In this document: in pieces, positions 26,601 to 41,000 of the stretch | Layout of the letters: the number at the start of each line of letters is the position of its first letter | Numbering within the stretch: the stretch's first letter is position 1 | Assembly (NCBI GenBank): GCA_037379345.1 | Contig: CM074520.1 | Location: 29,298,664 to 29,362,663 of the forward strand | Source: Perna viridis | Taxonomy: Eukaryota | Direction: 5' to 3' | DNA: 64,000 nt | Made by a program: the position numbers and the translations under genes | Notes under the pieces: generated by a model | What the model was told of the DNA's origin: nothing | Seen by the model: only the letters and a program-made list of their open reading frames with translations | The model's database searches: none

Positions 26601-29600
26601 AATTGACCACCAGAATGCGTGGGCAACGTGGACAGAGACCAACCACGTGTCCACCGTGGGCCGGAGGGAACGTGTCCAAGGGTGGACACAAATTGTCCAC
26701 CATTGCCCACGCCCACCGTGGGAAAAGGGAATCGTCAAAATGGTCGCTGGCCGTAGTGTAACAGACAATCGTGGTTGCCATCGATTCCAGTCCGTCCGCA
26801 CATGCGGAACCGAACAATACGAAAAACAAAATATAGAAAGTTTTGGACACTGATGCAACGTCGTGGTGGTTGGAATGACGAACGTTACCAAGCGAAAAAA
26901 ACAACTTTTGCTTCTACGTCACGTGACAGGAATCTTGACGACGAGTCTTGGATCAGCTATGGAGAAATGAGGGACATGATGCCCGATTGTGTTTTAGAGG
27001 CTGTTCCTGAAATATATCCGAATCCTCCCAATGTTCCGTAAATGGACCATAGGTGGTAATAGTAGCTTTTATACGTAGTCTTGATTGGTACCCCGTATTA
27101 ACATAAGCTAATTTACGCTGACGAAAAAAATTGAAACATAAATTCCTTGTGCATATGAAACAAAAAATATTGGAGTATATACTTTCTGTGCATATAATTA
27201 TGTCTTTTTACTTGCTTCATGAAATGCAAAATTCGATTGTTTATACTACCTACTATTCCACGTGGTATTGTTTATATTTATCAGTACAGCATCCACGTGA
27301 CTTGCATGACCTCATTGTGATTTTCAAAAGTTAGCAGGTTTGCCATACTTATACAAATTTTGTATTACAAACATGAAAAAGACAAAAATGGAAGAAGATA
27401 TTTCTGATATAGCACTAGCATGCATCTGAAACAAACTAGCATCAGTGTTCTTTTTTGGTTGAAAAAACATACAACACGTTACATTGCCTTTTCCCCTGTG
27501 TGGCCTGACCCCTCTGTTTTGAAATCCTGCTTTAATAACATGTTTCTTTTCTTTTGTAGAAGCCAAATAATCACAAACGAACGCAGTATGAATCCTCTTC
27601 ATCAGACTCTGATCATGCTGACAGAGCTTTGTGACAAACATTGTTTATGTATTATATTGGGGATGGGGGATAACTGGTCAGTTTTTATTATGATGCCTAT
27701 TTGCTGTTTGAAACTTTCACCATTAATTATCCTTTTAGTCGTCTTTATGATAATTAGGCAGGAGGTGATTCATGTATTTCAGAAACCCATCTGATCACTT
27801 TCATTTCTTATTAAGAAACAATTACAGACCAAATAACCAGTCTTACTTTTAAATTTAGTTATACTTTTAAGATAAAAGTAATATACATGTACATTTTATA
27901 TGATATTGGTACATTACTACAGTTATAATTCTTGATTTGGTCGATTTATGTATGAGATGAATGTATTTTTTTTACTGAAAAATTCAGAAGGGTTGTCTAA
28001 ATGTAAAATTATAGCATAAGAAGACTGAAAACACATCATTTGATTTTTGGGTTTTTCTATTCCATGAATCACCTGTACCACTGGTATTGTCTGAATTTTG
28101 TATGGATTGGTACTGAAATACTTCAGTAATTTTACAATGGCACATTTTTCTAAAAGGGCGTGTTTTTTTATGTATAAAATGCAAATAATATGCTGTTTAT
28201 TTTTTCATGCCTAAACCATTAATAATAGGTTTTATTTAAAAACTTTGACTGTAAAGTTGTACATATCATGTAATAATGTTGATGTAATTATGGTATCAGG
28301 TAATGAATTTTACTGTGATTAGATAATGGGTTGATATGGTTTCATATCTTTTACACATTTTATATTTTTTTTAAATGATGCTTTTCAATACACAATATGT
28401 ATTTTCTGATTTTACACATATATGCTTATTTTTATCACCAAGTGATACATTCAATTCATTTAATAATTTGTTAATTTGTATCAAGCTATAAGGAAAAATC
28501 TCTGCATTTCTTTTTGTGTAAAATTTATATTTTATCTTAATTACTAACAACCTGCCTTCTTGATACTTTCAAATTGACGTTTTAATGTTTAGATTACTTT
28601 TTTGCTGTATATTTACGTCTGATTTAGCAAATTTCTATTTTGTTGACCTTGAAAAAAATCGGGTAGGTAATAAGTAAGTAGTTAGACTAAAAATTTTGAT
28701 AGGTAGTCTTGTGATTTTTTTAAAAATTGGATTTAGACCCGTGGATTTCTCTGTGTTAATAGTTTCTAGTTTCTGACTTTTTATTTATTTGGCATAAAAC
28801 TTTTCACCAGTCAATTGGAAATAATAAAACAGTCACAGGAATATATTTTTGGCCAAAATTTGAACAATTTCAAGACTTTTTTTAATACACAAATATTTGC
28901 CTTTTTTTCAACAGCCTACATAGGTCCTCTTTGTATATTTATTAAACAAGCTGTTTGTTGTCTTTGCTACTGTATTTGGAGAGACTTTGATCTTGAATGT
29001 TGTTGAATATTTTAAATGAAGTATTGATGTGAAAAATAAATGATTAATATCATAGTTTCACTGTTCATTAGAATGCATTTACAAAACTTTCAACAGTTTT
29101 CTTCCATGTTCATATATGCTTCTTATCCAGATAATAGACTTCCTATACATAACTAGGTATTGAGAAGACATGATTTAAGTAGCCTTTTAACATTACAAAG
29201 AAATGTTCAAGTAGTATTTGGTTTAATTTTTCACAGTTATAGCAAAGGTTTCTTTTACATCCAAAATAAGTTACTAAGACATATTCAAGTAACAAGGGTT
29301 TGGTTATACTACAATGTTATAGTAAAGTGCAGATTACGTTGGAGTCACTTTCCTTAGTAACTTAAGAAAGGAATGCTAAAGCATTGTTTGATTCTGGATA
29401 CAATGCAAGGTAAAGTAACGTTACAAATACGTTATTTTGACGATACAAAACGACATTAATTTAACATTAGATTTTTACTGAATTTTAACATCTGATCTAT
29501 GTAACACTATGTACGTTATAACAAATGTCAAGGTGATGATAGTTTCAAGTTAAAATTTAACGTTATAGCAAAGGTAACATTTATACTAGGTTTACGTAAC

Positions 29601-29789
29601 CTACTAACGTTACAAAGAAATGTTAAAGTTATGTTAGATTTTAGTTATAGAGGAACAATTAAGTTAACGTTACTTTAACGTTAGGTCGACACCACAAAAT
29701 AACTTTAGTATAACGTAAACTTTTGACGTAAATGTGACATATAATTTATGTTATACTAACGTTATACTAACGTTAAATTGTTTGCTGGG

Positions 29790-32260
29790 TAGATGCTTTT
29801 CACAAGTATCTAGATGCTTCGCACAACTATCTAGATACTTCTCAAAAGCATCTAGATTCTTCACACAACTATCTAGATACTTCTCAAAAGCATCTAGATA
29901 GTTCTGCAAAGCATCTAGATGCTTTTGCAAAGTATCTAGATGCTTTTGCGAAGTATCTTGATGCTTTTGAGAAAAGCACCCAGATGCTTGTGAGAAGCAT
30001 GTAGATAGTTGTGAGCAGCATCTAGATGCTTTTGCGAAGTATCTTGATGCTTTTGAGAAGAATCTAGATGCTTGTGAGAAGTATCTAGATAGATGTGAAA
30101 AGTATCTAGATGCTTGTGATCTTGGGTTTAGGAGTAAGATCACGTGATGTTCTGTTTTTATGGTGTGACGTAACAGGCTGGAATGAAAACCAAGTTAACA
30201 CAATATAACTTTATTAAAATAGATGTTTCTTGTATGGCGGCCGTTGTCCAAATGGCCCGAATAATATAATCAAAACAATATGATAATGCATTAGAATAGG
30301 TTAATAGCTAACATTTATGCATAAATTAAACAATGGGGAATTTAACTCATATTTTGATAAAGTGGGGGAATTTAGCTCATATAATGTTATTAGACAGTGC
30401 CAAACAAATATTGTGAATTATGAAAACATGGGGCTTCTTTTACTTAAATGTAACTACATGGTTGCCATAGAAACCAAAATGTAAACAATAATGATTGACA
30501 TATCTAGATAAAGATTAAATTGAAACTGTCACTAAATTGACATAATAACTACTAAAAACATATATACAACGCGCTGTGATCTAAAGAAAAAGTTAGTAAA
30601 TGAAATGCAAAGCGTGCAGCATAATTGAAATTCAAGTTACGCTTAATAAACTATGTTGGTATTGAGCTGCTAAAAAGTATTACATAAGTACAGCTCATTT
30701 GTTTAATTTTACCTTTAAATGCCTATTTACGGCTGAATTCATAGCTATAAATGAAATGTAACTTTGCCGCTGTTTACAAAATAAAGTTTCAAGTGGAGAT
30801 AACTCCTACAATATATCTTAAAACCAAAGCTTGAACTTGTTGCCAATAAATGCGCATGAACCATAGTAAGTATTGCAAAGTAAGTAATTGAGACAATGAT
30901 TCAGTAGATTATTATAGAACTACATACACATAAGTAAATGTTAAAATGTACACACACATATATGAACACAAATAACAACTGATTGTCATGTGCTAATAAA
31001 GATATTCTATTCAGATAAAGTGCGCTAATTACTGCAAGTTAAAACACTTAAAAATAAGTATCAAAATGTAATTTATACTAAGACATAAATATCTCATATT
31101 AACTATTAAACATTCAAATTGTAATATAAAAATTTACTACTTACCTGGAATGAAAACCAAGTTAACACAATATAACTTTATTAAAATAGATGTTTCTTGT
31201 ATGGCGGCCGTTGTCCAAGTGGCCGAATTTACCAAACATAAAGTTATGTTTTCACTCCAGGTGAGGCCCATTGAAGGAAAATAGCTATATACACAAAGAG
31301 CAAATATATTAAAACCCCTTATTGAACCTCTATGAAAAAATATGTGAAAAGCCATTTCATGTCACCTAATCCACCTATGTTAAGTGCTAGGACGCAGTCC
31401 TTAATCCGGATATGCTATAATCTTATCCCTGATTTTGTATAGCCTTAATTATACAGTTAATTATCAAGTCTTGGTATCTTACGTAAGATATTTACATACT
31501 TAAAACATGTTGGCACTACAGCATTATGTTTCTTTTTAAATATATGTTTATTAAAATACTTGTGAAACAATATTATGTTTTCACTCCAGGTGAGGCCCAT
31601 TGAAGGAAAATAGCTATATACACAAAGAGCAAATATATTAAAACCCCTTATTGAACCTCTATGAAAAAATATGTGAAAAGCCATTTCATGTCACCTAATC
31701 CACCTATGTTAAGTGCTAGGACGCAGTCCTTAATCCGGATATGCTATAATCTTATCCCTGATTTTGTATAGCCTTAATTATACAGTTAATTATCAAGTCT
31801 TGGTATCTTACGTAAGATATTTACATACTTAAAACATGTTGGCACTACAGCATTATGTTTCTTTTTAAATATATGTTTATTAAAATACTTGAGAAACAAT
31901 ATTAAGTTTAGGTGACTGGCTTGGACATTACAATGTACAAACATGAAAAATATCAAATGAAACAATAAAGAAAATTTAGGTGACTGGCTTGGACATTACA
32001 ATGTACAAACATGAAAAATATCAAATGAAACAATAAAGAAAAATATATGCATATTATGTACAAGAAGGGATGATGGCTTGTTTTCCCTATCACATGCTTG
32101 TGAGAAGTATCTAGATAGTTGTGAAAAGCATCCAGATGCTTGTGAGAAGCATGTAGATGCTTTTGCGAAGTATCTAGATACTCGTGATGAGTTTTTGTGT
32201 ATCTAGATACTTCTAAGAAGCATCTAGTTACTTGAATGAAACTTCTAGATAGTTTAGAGA
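29790..32260. repeat. 21-bp minisatellite (AAGTATCTAGATGCTTTTGCG-like) split by an insertion
   Basis: TCTAGA-centred units every ~21 bp at 29790-30114, resuming at 32095-32260. Confidence 0.85.
30115..32094 (-). mobile_element. Probable solo LTR (Gypsy-like)
   Basis: TGTGAT...ATCACA termini; 4-bp TSD TGCT at 30111-30114 and 32095-32098; non-coding; internal 329-bp and 68-bp tandem duplications. The strand is only guessed, from AATAAA on the minus strand. Confidence 0.65.
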
Positions 32261-32616
32261 GCTGATTTTAATCAGATTGAGTTTTTACACAAATCTATTT
32301 TTATCTTTAAAACTAAGCTCTAATTGGTCGAACAATCTAGGTCATCAGTGCGGTAATAGGAAATATCACAACTTGAAGAAGTCAAATGATTCATGATGAG
32401 GTAAACAGTAAAGCTTACTTGCGTTATTGAAACCCGATAAAATCTTTATATATTCTGAAAGTAGTATCTACTAACATCACAGGGGCATGTGTACTGTGAT
32501 TTTTCGAGATCGCTAGACACACCCGCTCTTTCCTATCTCACTATGTGTTGATTTAAAAATGTCCAACAGCCATCTTCCTCCGTCTATTGTCTCAATATGT
32601 AGAAACCATCAACTTT

Positions 32617-32773
32617 CAGGGGCGGATTCAGACACTTTGAAAAGGGGGTGCCAGTCGGGTTCCTCAGAAAATGGGGGTGCTAAGAGTTGTCAACTATTTT
32701 TTGCCAATTTTACGCATGAAAACAAATCATAAAGGGGGTTGCCAACCCCCTGCACCCCCCGGATCCGCAACTG
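32617..32773. mobile_element. Short MITE
   Basis: CAGGGGCGGATTC...GGATCCGCAACTG imperfect TIRs, with ACTTT on both flanks. Confidence 0.6.
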
Positions 32774-33103
32774 ACTTTTAAATACAATACTCACGGGAGT
32801 GGGGGGTGGTCACTTTGGTTAAAACTTTGTACGGGGATGCAGATCGAGCTAGAAAAACATCCTCATTAATATATTTGCCTGGAAGAAAATGAGTCCCACT
32901 CTTTTTTTCAGCGCGAAATATATACCATATACATATATTCTACTACTGCGTACTTGACATCTTTTGAATTAAGAGTAGATAAGTAAAAACAAAGGTCTCC
33001 AGAAGGTTGCAGAAACGGCACATAATTGCTAAATCTTTTGATGAGATTTTATATACATGTATCTGTAATTTATCAACTCGTCACCTAATCAACCAAGTTT
33101 TTT

Positions 33104-34753
33104 GGTTCATTCTCACTTAGCCAACATTTTGAAAATTGATAGTCTCATCTGGCCAACATAGGTAATTGGGGTGTTAAAATAACATTTAGAAATATTGTTT
33201 TTATAACTGTTTTATTGAGGCCACCCAAAGGGCTACATTTATGTTGGGTAAAATAAAAAAAAAATATTAATGATATATTTTTAAAAGTATTTATAAAATA
33301 ACACAAAACATTTTTTAATAATCTTTAAAAAAATATATAAATATATATATTTTAAATATAAAAATAAAAAAAATATAAGTTTAATTTTTAAATTCTGTAA
33401 ATAAAATTTAGTAAAATGAAATGACTGCTATTCTTAATTGAGAATAATTATTATTAATTGATATTAATTAATATAAATTAAAATAATTAAAGATAAGATA
33501 TGTTCAGCTTGCACCACTCTACTTGACAGATGCATACTCACTATAGCTTGAGATGCTATGGAAGAGTATATAAATGTGGGGCCAACTAGCAGATTTATCA
33601 TTTCATTTCTCATGGCTAACGCTCAAGTACACGTAAACTTTCTTGAAAATGGCCGCGGTGGTCATTCTTTGCTCCATAATGGTTACAAATATTCAATAAA
33701 AACTAGACGCAACGACCGTTGCTACTGGAGATGCGTCTCACGTCAATGTCCTGCTACTCTGACAACACTAGATAATGTTCCTGTTACCATAAACAACAAC
33801 CACAACCATGACTCAGATAACATTAGTTTAGCAGCAGCAGCCTTTATTAATAAAGTAAAAAAGCGTTGCAGGGAAGAGGTGTCACCAATACCTTCCATTT
33901 TTGATGAGGAGCTTGGTAGTCTTCGTAATAATGAGTTTGACGATGACGTCAATGAGATGATAGAGAAAATTCCGACGTTTGAAAGTTGTAAAGCTGCACT
34001 CTACATCATGGAACCACTACGACAATAATGGTCCAAGAACTACCAACAATGTTGAGGGCTGGCACAGTAAAGTCAACAAACTTTGTCATCATGCACACCC
34101 CAATATTTTCCTAGCCATCAAATTGTTTCACAGCATACAGGCATCAAATGAGGGGAAGATTATTCAGATCAGATCTGGTGGTAAGCAGCGTGCCTCTAAA
34201 AGAAAATACAGACAAATGGAACACCGACTTCAAATTCTCAAAGAAAGATTTCAACGTGGAGAAATAACATTAATGGAATTTGCAGATAGTGCTTCTCACT
34301 TGGTTCACTTAGACTGAATAAACAATTTCACATTGTACTTGTAGTGCTCCTGATTGAACATATTTTTTAAATGTAATAAGTAAAATGTAATAACATGCAG
34401 ACAATTTTTTTATATGAATATAGTGCTGATTATAAAAAAATATCATTGCTTTAATATAAAAATATGTTGTTATGTGTTATTGCTTGAAATTGTGATTTGA
34501 TCAATTATTATTTCTAAAATAAAAAAATGTAAATATATATATATTTATTACTTTTTTCTATCAAACCCCTGCATATTATAAAAAACCTCAACAAACACAT
34601 TTACCTTGAATAATTATTATAGTCCCCATGGAAGAGGCCCCAATCAATTAAATAATTGCAGTAAAAACAATTGCAAAGTCTCACCTAGCCTACATGAATT
34701 TAATTACCTGTAGGTACCTGAAATACAAAATGTTGGCTAAGTGAGAAGACACC
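33104..34753 (+). mobile_element. Internally deleted Mutator-like element (MULE)
   Basis: TIR core TTCTCACTTAGCCAACATTTTG (33110-33131) and CAAAATGTTGGCTAAGTGAGAA (34726-34747); imperfect AGTTTTT duplication on the flanks; transposase remnants inside. Confidence 0.85.
33612..34317 (+). pseudogene. MULE transposase: FLYWCH domain joined out of frame to the C-terminus, central catalytic region deleted
   Basis: RGGHSLLHNGYKY...YWRC-x4-CPATL...HNH (FLYWCH) is followed directly, at ~34005, by WNHY...RTTNNVEGWH...HPNIF. Confidence 0.85.
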
Positions 34754-35067
34754 AGTTTTTCCCCATTGGCTGGGTATTCGTTGCAGCACACACTAATTGA
34801 AGATGAATTGGTGATGATTGGAAAGTTTGTCTTAGCAATAAATTATACATTGAAATTGTAGATATTTGACCAATTGATATAGTACTATACTTCAGAAATG
34901 ACAGCCCATTGACATAGGAAATGAAAAAATTATGACCCAATCATATATTTCAACACTAGAAAACACAGAATCATTCCAGAGTCACGTCTGCATATAATAG
35001 TATAAAGGAAGCGAACCCCAACCCCGTTATACAATTATTGTTCCCTGTGAATAAGACAGTATATATA

Positions 35068-38000
35068 TATATCAAACAGCCACTATATAGGGCTTATAGT
35101 GCTCGAATAGGGCGATAATCGACAGCCAATCGATACGCGATTCCTAGAGATTGATGTCACTGACCGGGCTCATAAATTGTCGGTGGGGGCGATTTAGACA
35201 GAAAACTTCCTTATTTATAATTACAAGGACTTTGACCACCCTCAACCCGAAGTGTATCAAATAACCAATACATGGGGTTTGTAGTGCTCGAATAGGGCAA
35301 CAATCGACAGCCAATCGATACTCGATTCCTAGAGATTGATGTCTCTGACCGGGGCTGAAATGTTGGCGGTCGGGGCGATTTTGACAGAAAAGTTGCATAT
35401 ATATATTTGCAACGACTTTGACCCCCGTTAACCCGAAGTGTATCAAACAGCCCATATATAGCGGTTGTAGTGCTCGAATAGGGCAATAATCGACAGCCAA
35501 TCGATACTCGATTCCCAGAGATTGATGTCTCTGACCGGGGCTGAAAAGTTGGCGGTCGGGGAGATTTTGACACAAAACTTGCATATTTATATTTGCAAGG
35601 ACTTTGACCATCTTCAACCCGAAGTATATTAAATAACCAATACATGGGGATTGTAGTGCTCGAATAAGGCAACAAATCGACAGCAATTCGATATTCGATT
35701 TCTAGAGATTGATGTCTCTCGCGGGGGCTCAAATATTGGCCGTCGGGGCGATTTTGACACAAAACTTGCATATTTATATTTGCAACGACTTTGACCCCCA
35801 TCACCCAAAGTGTATCAGACAGCCACTATATAGGAGTTTTAGTGCTTCAATAGGGCAATAATCGACAGCCAATCGTTACTCTATTCCTTGAGACTGATGT
35901 CTCTCGCCGGAGCTCAAAAGTTGGCGGTCGGGGCGATTTTGACACAAAAGTTGTATATTTATATTTGCAACGACTTTGACCCTGCATGAACCCGAAGTGT
36001 ATCAAGTAGCCACTCTGTAGGGGTTGTAGTGCTCGAATAGGGCAATAATCGACTGCCAATCGACACTCCATTCTTAAAGATTGATGTTACTGACCGGGGC
36101 TCATAATTTGGCGGTGAGGGCGATTTTGACAGAAAACATCCTTATTTATAATTGCAAGGACTTTGACCATCCTCAACCCGAAGTGTATTAAATAACCAAT
36201 ACATGGGGATTGTAGTGCTTGAATAGGGCAATAATCGTCAGCAATTCGATACTCGATTTCTAGAGATTGATGTCTCTCGCGGGGGCTCAAATATTGGCGG
36301 TCGAGGCGATTTTGACAGAAAAGTTGCATATTTATAGTTCCAACGACTTTGACCCCCGTTAACCCGAAGTGTATCAAACAGCCCATATATAGCGGTTGTA
36401 GTGCTCGAATAGGGCAATAATCTACAGCCAATCGATACTCGATTCCCAGAGATTGATGTCTCTGGCCGGGGCTCAAAAGTTGGCGGTCGGGGCGATTTTG
36501 ACACAAAACTTGCATATTTATATTTGCAACGACTTTGACCCCCCGTAACCCGAAGTGTATCATACAGCCACTAGATAGGAGTTTTAGTGCTCGAATAGGG
36601 CAACAATTGACAGCCAATCGATACTCTTTTTCTAGAGATTGATGTTTTTGACCGGAGCTGAAATATTGGCGGTCGTGGCGATTTTGACACAAAAGTTGCA
36701 TATTTATATTTGTAACGATTTTGACCACCTTAACCCGAAATGTACCAAACAGCCACTATATAGGGTTTTAGTGCTGGAACAGGACAACGATCGACAGCCA
36801 ATCGATACTCGATTCCTAGAGATTGATGTCTCTGCTCGGGGCTCCAAATTTGGCGGTCGAGGTGATTTTGACACAAAACTTGCAAATTTATATTTGCAAC
36901 GTCTTTTAGCACCCTTAACCCGAAGTGTGTGAAACAGCCACTATATGGGGATTATAGTGCTCGCGAAGGGCAACAATGCACAGCAAATCGATAATCGATT
37001 TCTAGAGATTAATGTCTCTGACCGGGGTTCAAAATTTGGCGGTCGGGGCGATTTTGACCGAAAACTTGCATATTTATATTTGCAAGGACTTAGACCCCCG
37101 TTAACCCGAAGTGTATCAAACAGCCCATATATAGCGGTTGTTGTGCTCGAATAGGGCAATAATCGACAGCCAATCGATACTCGATTCCCAGAGATTGACG
37201 TCTCTGACCGGAGCTCAAAAGTTGGCGATGGGGGCGATTTTGACACAAAACTTGCAAATTTATATTTGCAACGACTTTGACCCCCCGTAACCCGAAGTGT
37301 ATCAGACAGCCACTATATAGGAGTTTTAGTGCTCGAATAGGGCAACAATCGACAGCCAATCAATACTCTATTCCTAGACATTGATGTTTCTGATTGGAGC
37401 TCAAAAGTTGGCGGTCGGGGCGATTTTGACAGAAAACATCCTTATTTATAATTGCAAGGACTTTGACCATCCTCAACCCGAAGTGTATTAAATAACCAAT
37501 ACATGCGGATTGTAGTGCTTGAATAGGGCAACAAATCGACAGCAATTCGATACTCGATTCCTAGAGATTGATTTCTCTGCTCGGGGTTCAAGTGTTGGCG
37601 GTCGGGTCAATTTTGACACAAAACATGCATATTTATGTTTGCAACGACTTTGACCCCCTTCACCCGAAGTGTATCAGACAGCCACTATATAGGAGTTTCA
37701 GTGCTTCAATAGGGCAATAATCGACAGCCAATCGTTACTCTATTCCTAGAGATTGATGTTTCTCGCCGGAGCTCAAATGTTGGCGGTCGGGGCGATTTTG
37801 ACACAAAAGTTGCATATTTATATTTGCAACGACTTTGACCCTGCATTAACCCGAAGTGTATCAAGCAGCCACTATATAGGGGTTGTAGTGCTCCAATAGG
37901 GCAATAATCATCTGCCAATCGATACTCAATTCCTAGAGATTGATGTCACTGACCGGGGCTCTTAAGTTGGCGGTGGGGGCGATTTAGTCACAAAACTTCC

Positions 38001-41000
38001 TAATTTATATTTGCAAGGACTTTGACCACCCTTAACCCGAAGTGTATCAAATAACCAATACATGGGGGTTGTAGTGCTGGAATAGAGCAACAGTCAACAC
38101 CAATGGCTACTCGATTCCTAGAGATTAATGTCTCTGACGGGGGCTCAAAATTTGGCGGTCGTGGCGATTTTGACACAAAACTTGCATATGTATATTTGCA
38201 ACGACTTTGACCCCCCGTAACCCGAAGTGTATCAGACAGCCACTACATAGGAGTTTTAGTGCTGGAATAGGGCAATAATCGAAAGCCAATCGTTACTCTA
38301 TTCCTAGAGATTGATGTCTCTCGGCGGAGCTCAAAAGTTGGCGGTGGGGGCGATTTTGACACAAAAGTTGCATATTTATATTTCTGACGATTTTGACCAC
38401 CTTAACCCGAAGTGTACCAAACAGCCACTATATAGGGTTTTAGTGCTGGAATAGGACAACAATCGACAGCCAATCGATACTCGATTCCTAGAGATTGATG
38501 TCTCTGCTCGGGGCTCAAAATTTGGCGGTCGAGGTGATTTTGACACAAAACTTGCATATAATATTTGCAACGTCTTTGAGCACCCTTAACCCGAAGTATG
38601 TGAAATAGCCACTATATGGGGATTACAGTGCTCGAGAAGGGCAACAATGCACAGCAAATCGATAATCGATTTCTAGAGATTAATGTCTCTGACCGGGGTT
38701 CAAGTGTTGGCGGTCGGGTCAATTTTGACACAAAACATGCACATTTATATTTACAACGACTTTGACCCCCTTCACCCGAAGTGTATCAGACAGCCACTAT
38801 ATAGGAGTTTCAGTGCTTCAATAGGGCAATAATCGACAGCCAATCGTTACTCAATTCCTAGAGATTGATGTCACTGGCCGGGGCTCATAATTTGGCGGTC
38901 GGGGCGATTTTGACACAAAAGTTGCATATTTATATTTGCAACGACTTTGAGCCTACATGAACCCGAAGTGTATCAAGCAGCCACTATATAGGGGTTGTAG
39001 TGCTCGAATAGGGCAATAATCGATACTCAATTCCTAGAGATTGATGTCACTGGCCGGGGCTCATAATTTGGCGGTCGGGGCGATTTTGACAGAAAACATC
39101 CTTATTTATAATTGCAAGGACTTTGACCATCCTCAACCCGAAGTGTATTAAATAACCAATACATGGGGATTGTAGTGCTGGAATATGGCAACAATCGACA
39201 GCAATTCGATACTCGATTTCTAGAGATTGATGTCTCTCGCGGGGGCTCAAATATTGGCGGTCGGGGCGATTTTGCCACAAAAGTTGCATATTTATATTTC
39301 CAACGACTTTGACCCCCCTTCACCCGACGTGTATCAGACAGCCACTATATAGGAGTTTTAGTGCTCGAATATGGCAACAATCGACAGCCAATCGATACTC
39401 GATTCCCAGAGATTGATGTCTCTGACCGGGGCTCAAAAGTTGGCGGTGGGGGCGATTTTGACACAAAACTTGCATATTTATATTTGCAACGACTTTGACC
39501 CCCCGGAACCCGAAGTATATCAGACAGCCACTATATAGGAGTTTTAGTGCTTGAATAGGGCAACAATCGACAGCCAATCGTTACTCAATTCCTAGAGATT
39601 GATGTCACTGGCCGGGGCTCATAATTTGGCGGTCGGGGCGATTTTGACAGAAAACATCCTTATTTATAATTGCAAGGACTTTGACCATCCTCAACCCGAA
39701 GTGTATTAAATAACCAATACATGCGGATTGTAGTGCTTGAATAGGGCAACAAATCGACAGCAATTCGATACTCGATTCCTAGAGATTGATTTCTCTGCTC
39801 GAGGTTCAAGTGTTGGCGGTCGGGTCAATTTTGACACAAAACATGCATATTTATATTTGCAACGACTTTGACCCCCTTCACCCGAAGTGTATCAGACAGC
39901 CACTATATAGGAGTTTTAGTGCTTCAATAGGGCAATAATCGACAGCCAATCGTTACTCTATTCCTAGAGATTGATGTTTCTCGCCGGAGCTCAAATATTG
40001 GCGGTCGGGGCGATTTTGACACAAAAGTTGCATATTTATATTTGCAACGACTTTGACCCTGCATTAACCCGAAGTGTATCAAGCAGCCACTATATAGGGG
40101 TTGTAGTGCTCCAATAGGGCAATAATCGACTGCCAATCGATACTCAATTCCTAGAGATTGATGTCACTGACCGGGGCTCATAAGTTGGCGGTGGGGGCGA
40201 TTTAGTCACAAAACTTCCTAATTTATATTTGCAAGGACTTTGACCACCCTTAACCCGAAGTGTATCAAATAACCAATACATGGGGGTTGTAGTGCTGGAA
40301 TAGAGCAACAATCAACACCAATCGAAACTCGATTCCTAGAGATTGATGTCTCTGACCGGGGTTCACAATTTGGCGGTCGGGGCGATTTTGACACAAAAGT
40401 TGCATATATATATTTGCAACGATTTTGACCCTGCATTCACCCGAAGTGTCCCAAACAGCCCATATATAGCGGTTGTAGTGCTGCAATAGGGCAATAATCG
40501 ACAGCCAATCGATACTCGATTCCCTGAGATTGATGTCTCTGATCGGGGCTCAAAGGTTGGCGGTCGGGGCGAGTTTGACACAAAACTTGCAAATTTATAT
40601 TTGCAACGACTTTGACCCCCCGTAACCCGAAGTGTATCAGACAGCCACTATATAGGGGTTGTAGTGCTCCAATAGGGCAATAATCGACTGCCAATCGATA
40701 CTCAATTCCTAGAGATTGATGTTTCTGACCGGAGCTCAAATGTTGGCGGTCGGGGTGATTTTGACAGAAAACATCCTTATTTATAATTGCAAGGACTTTG
40801 ACCATCCTCAACCCGAAGTGTATTAAATAACCAATACATGGGGATTGTAGTGCTAGAATAGGGCAACAATCGACATCACATTGATAATCGATTTCTAGAG
40901 ATTGACGTCTCTGATCGGGGCTCCAAATTTGGCCGAAGGGGCGATTTTTACACAAAACTTGCATATTTATATTTGCAACGACTTTTGCCCCCTTCACCCG

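Noticed and set aside
29751-30143. 130-aa heptad-like ORF
   Set aside because: Product of the 21-bp minisatellite
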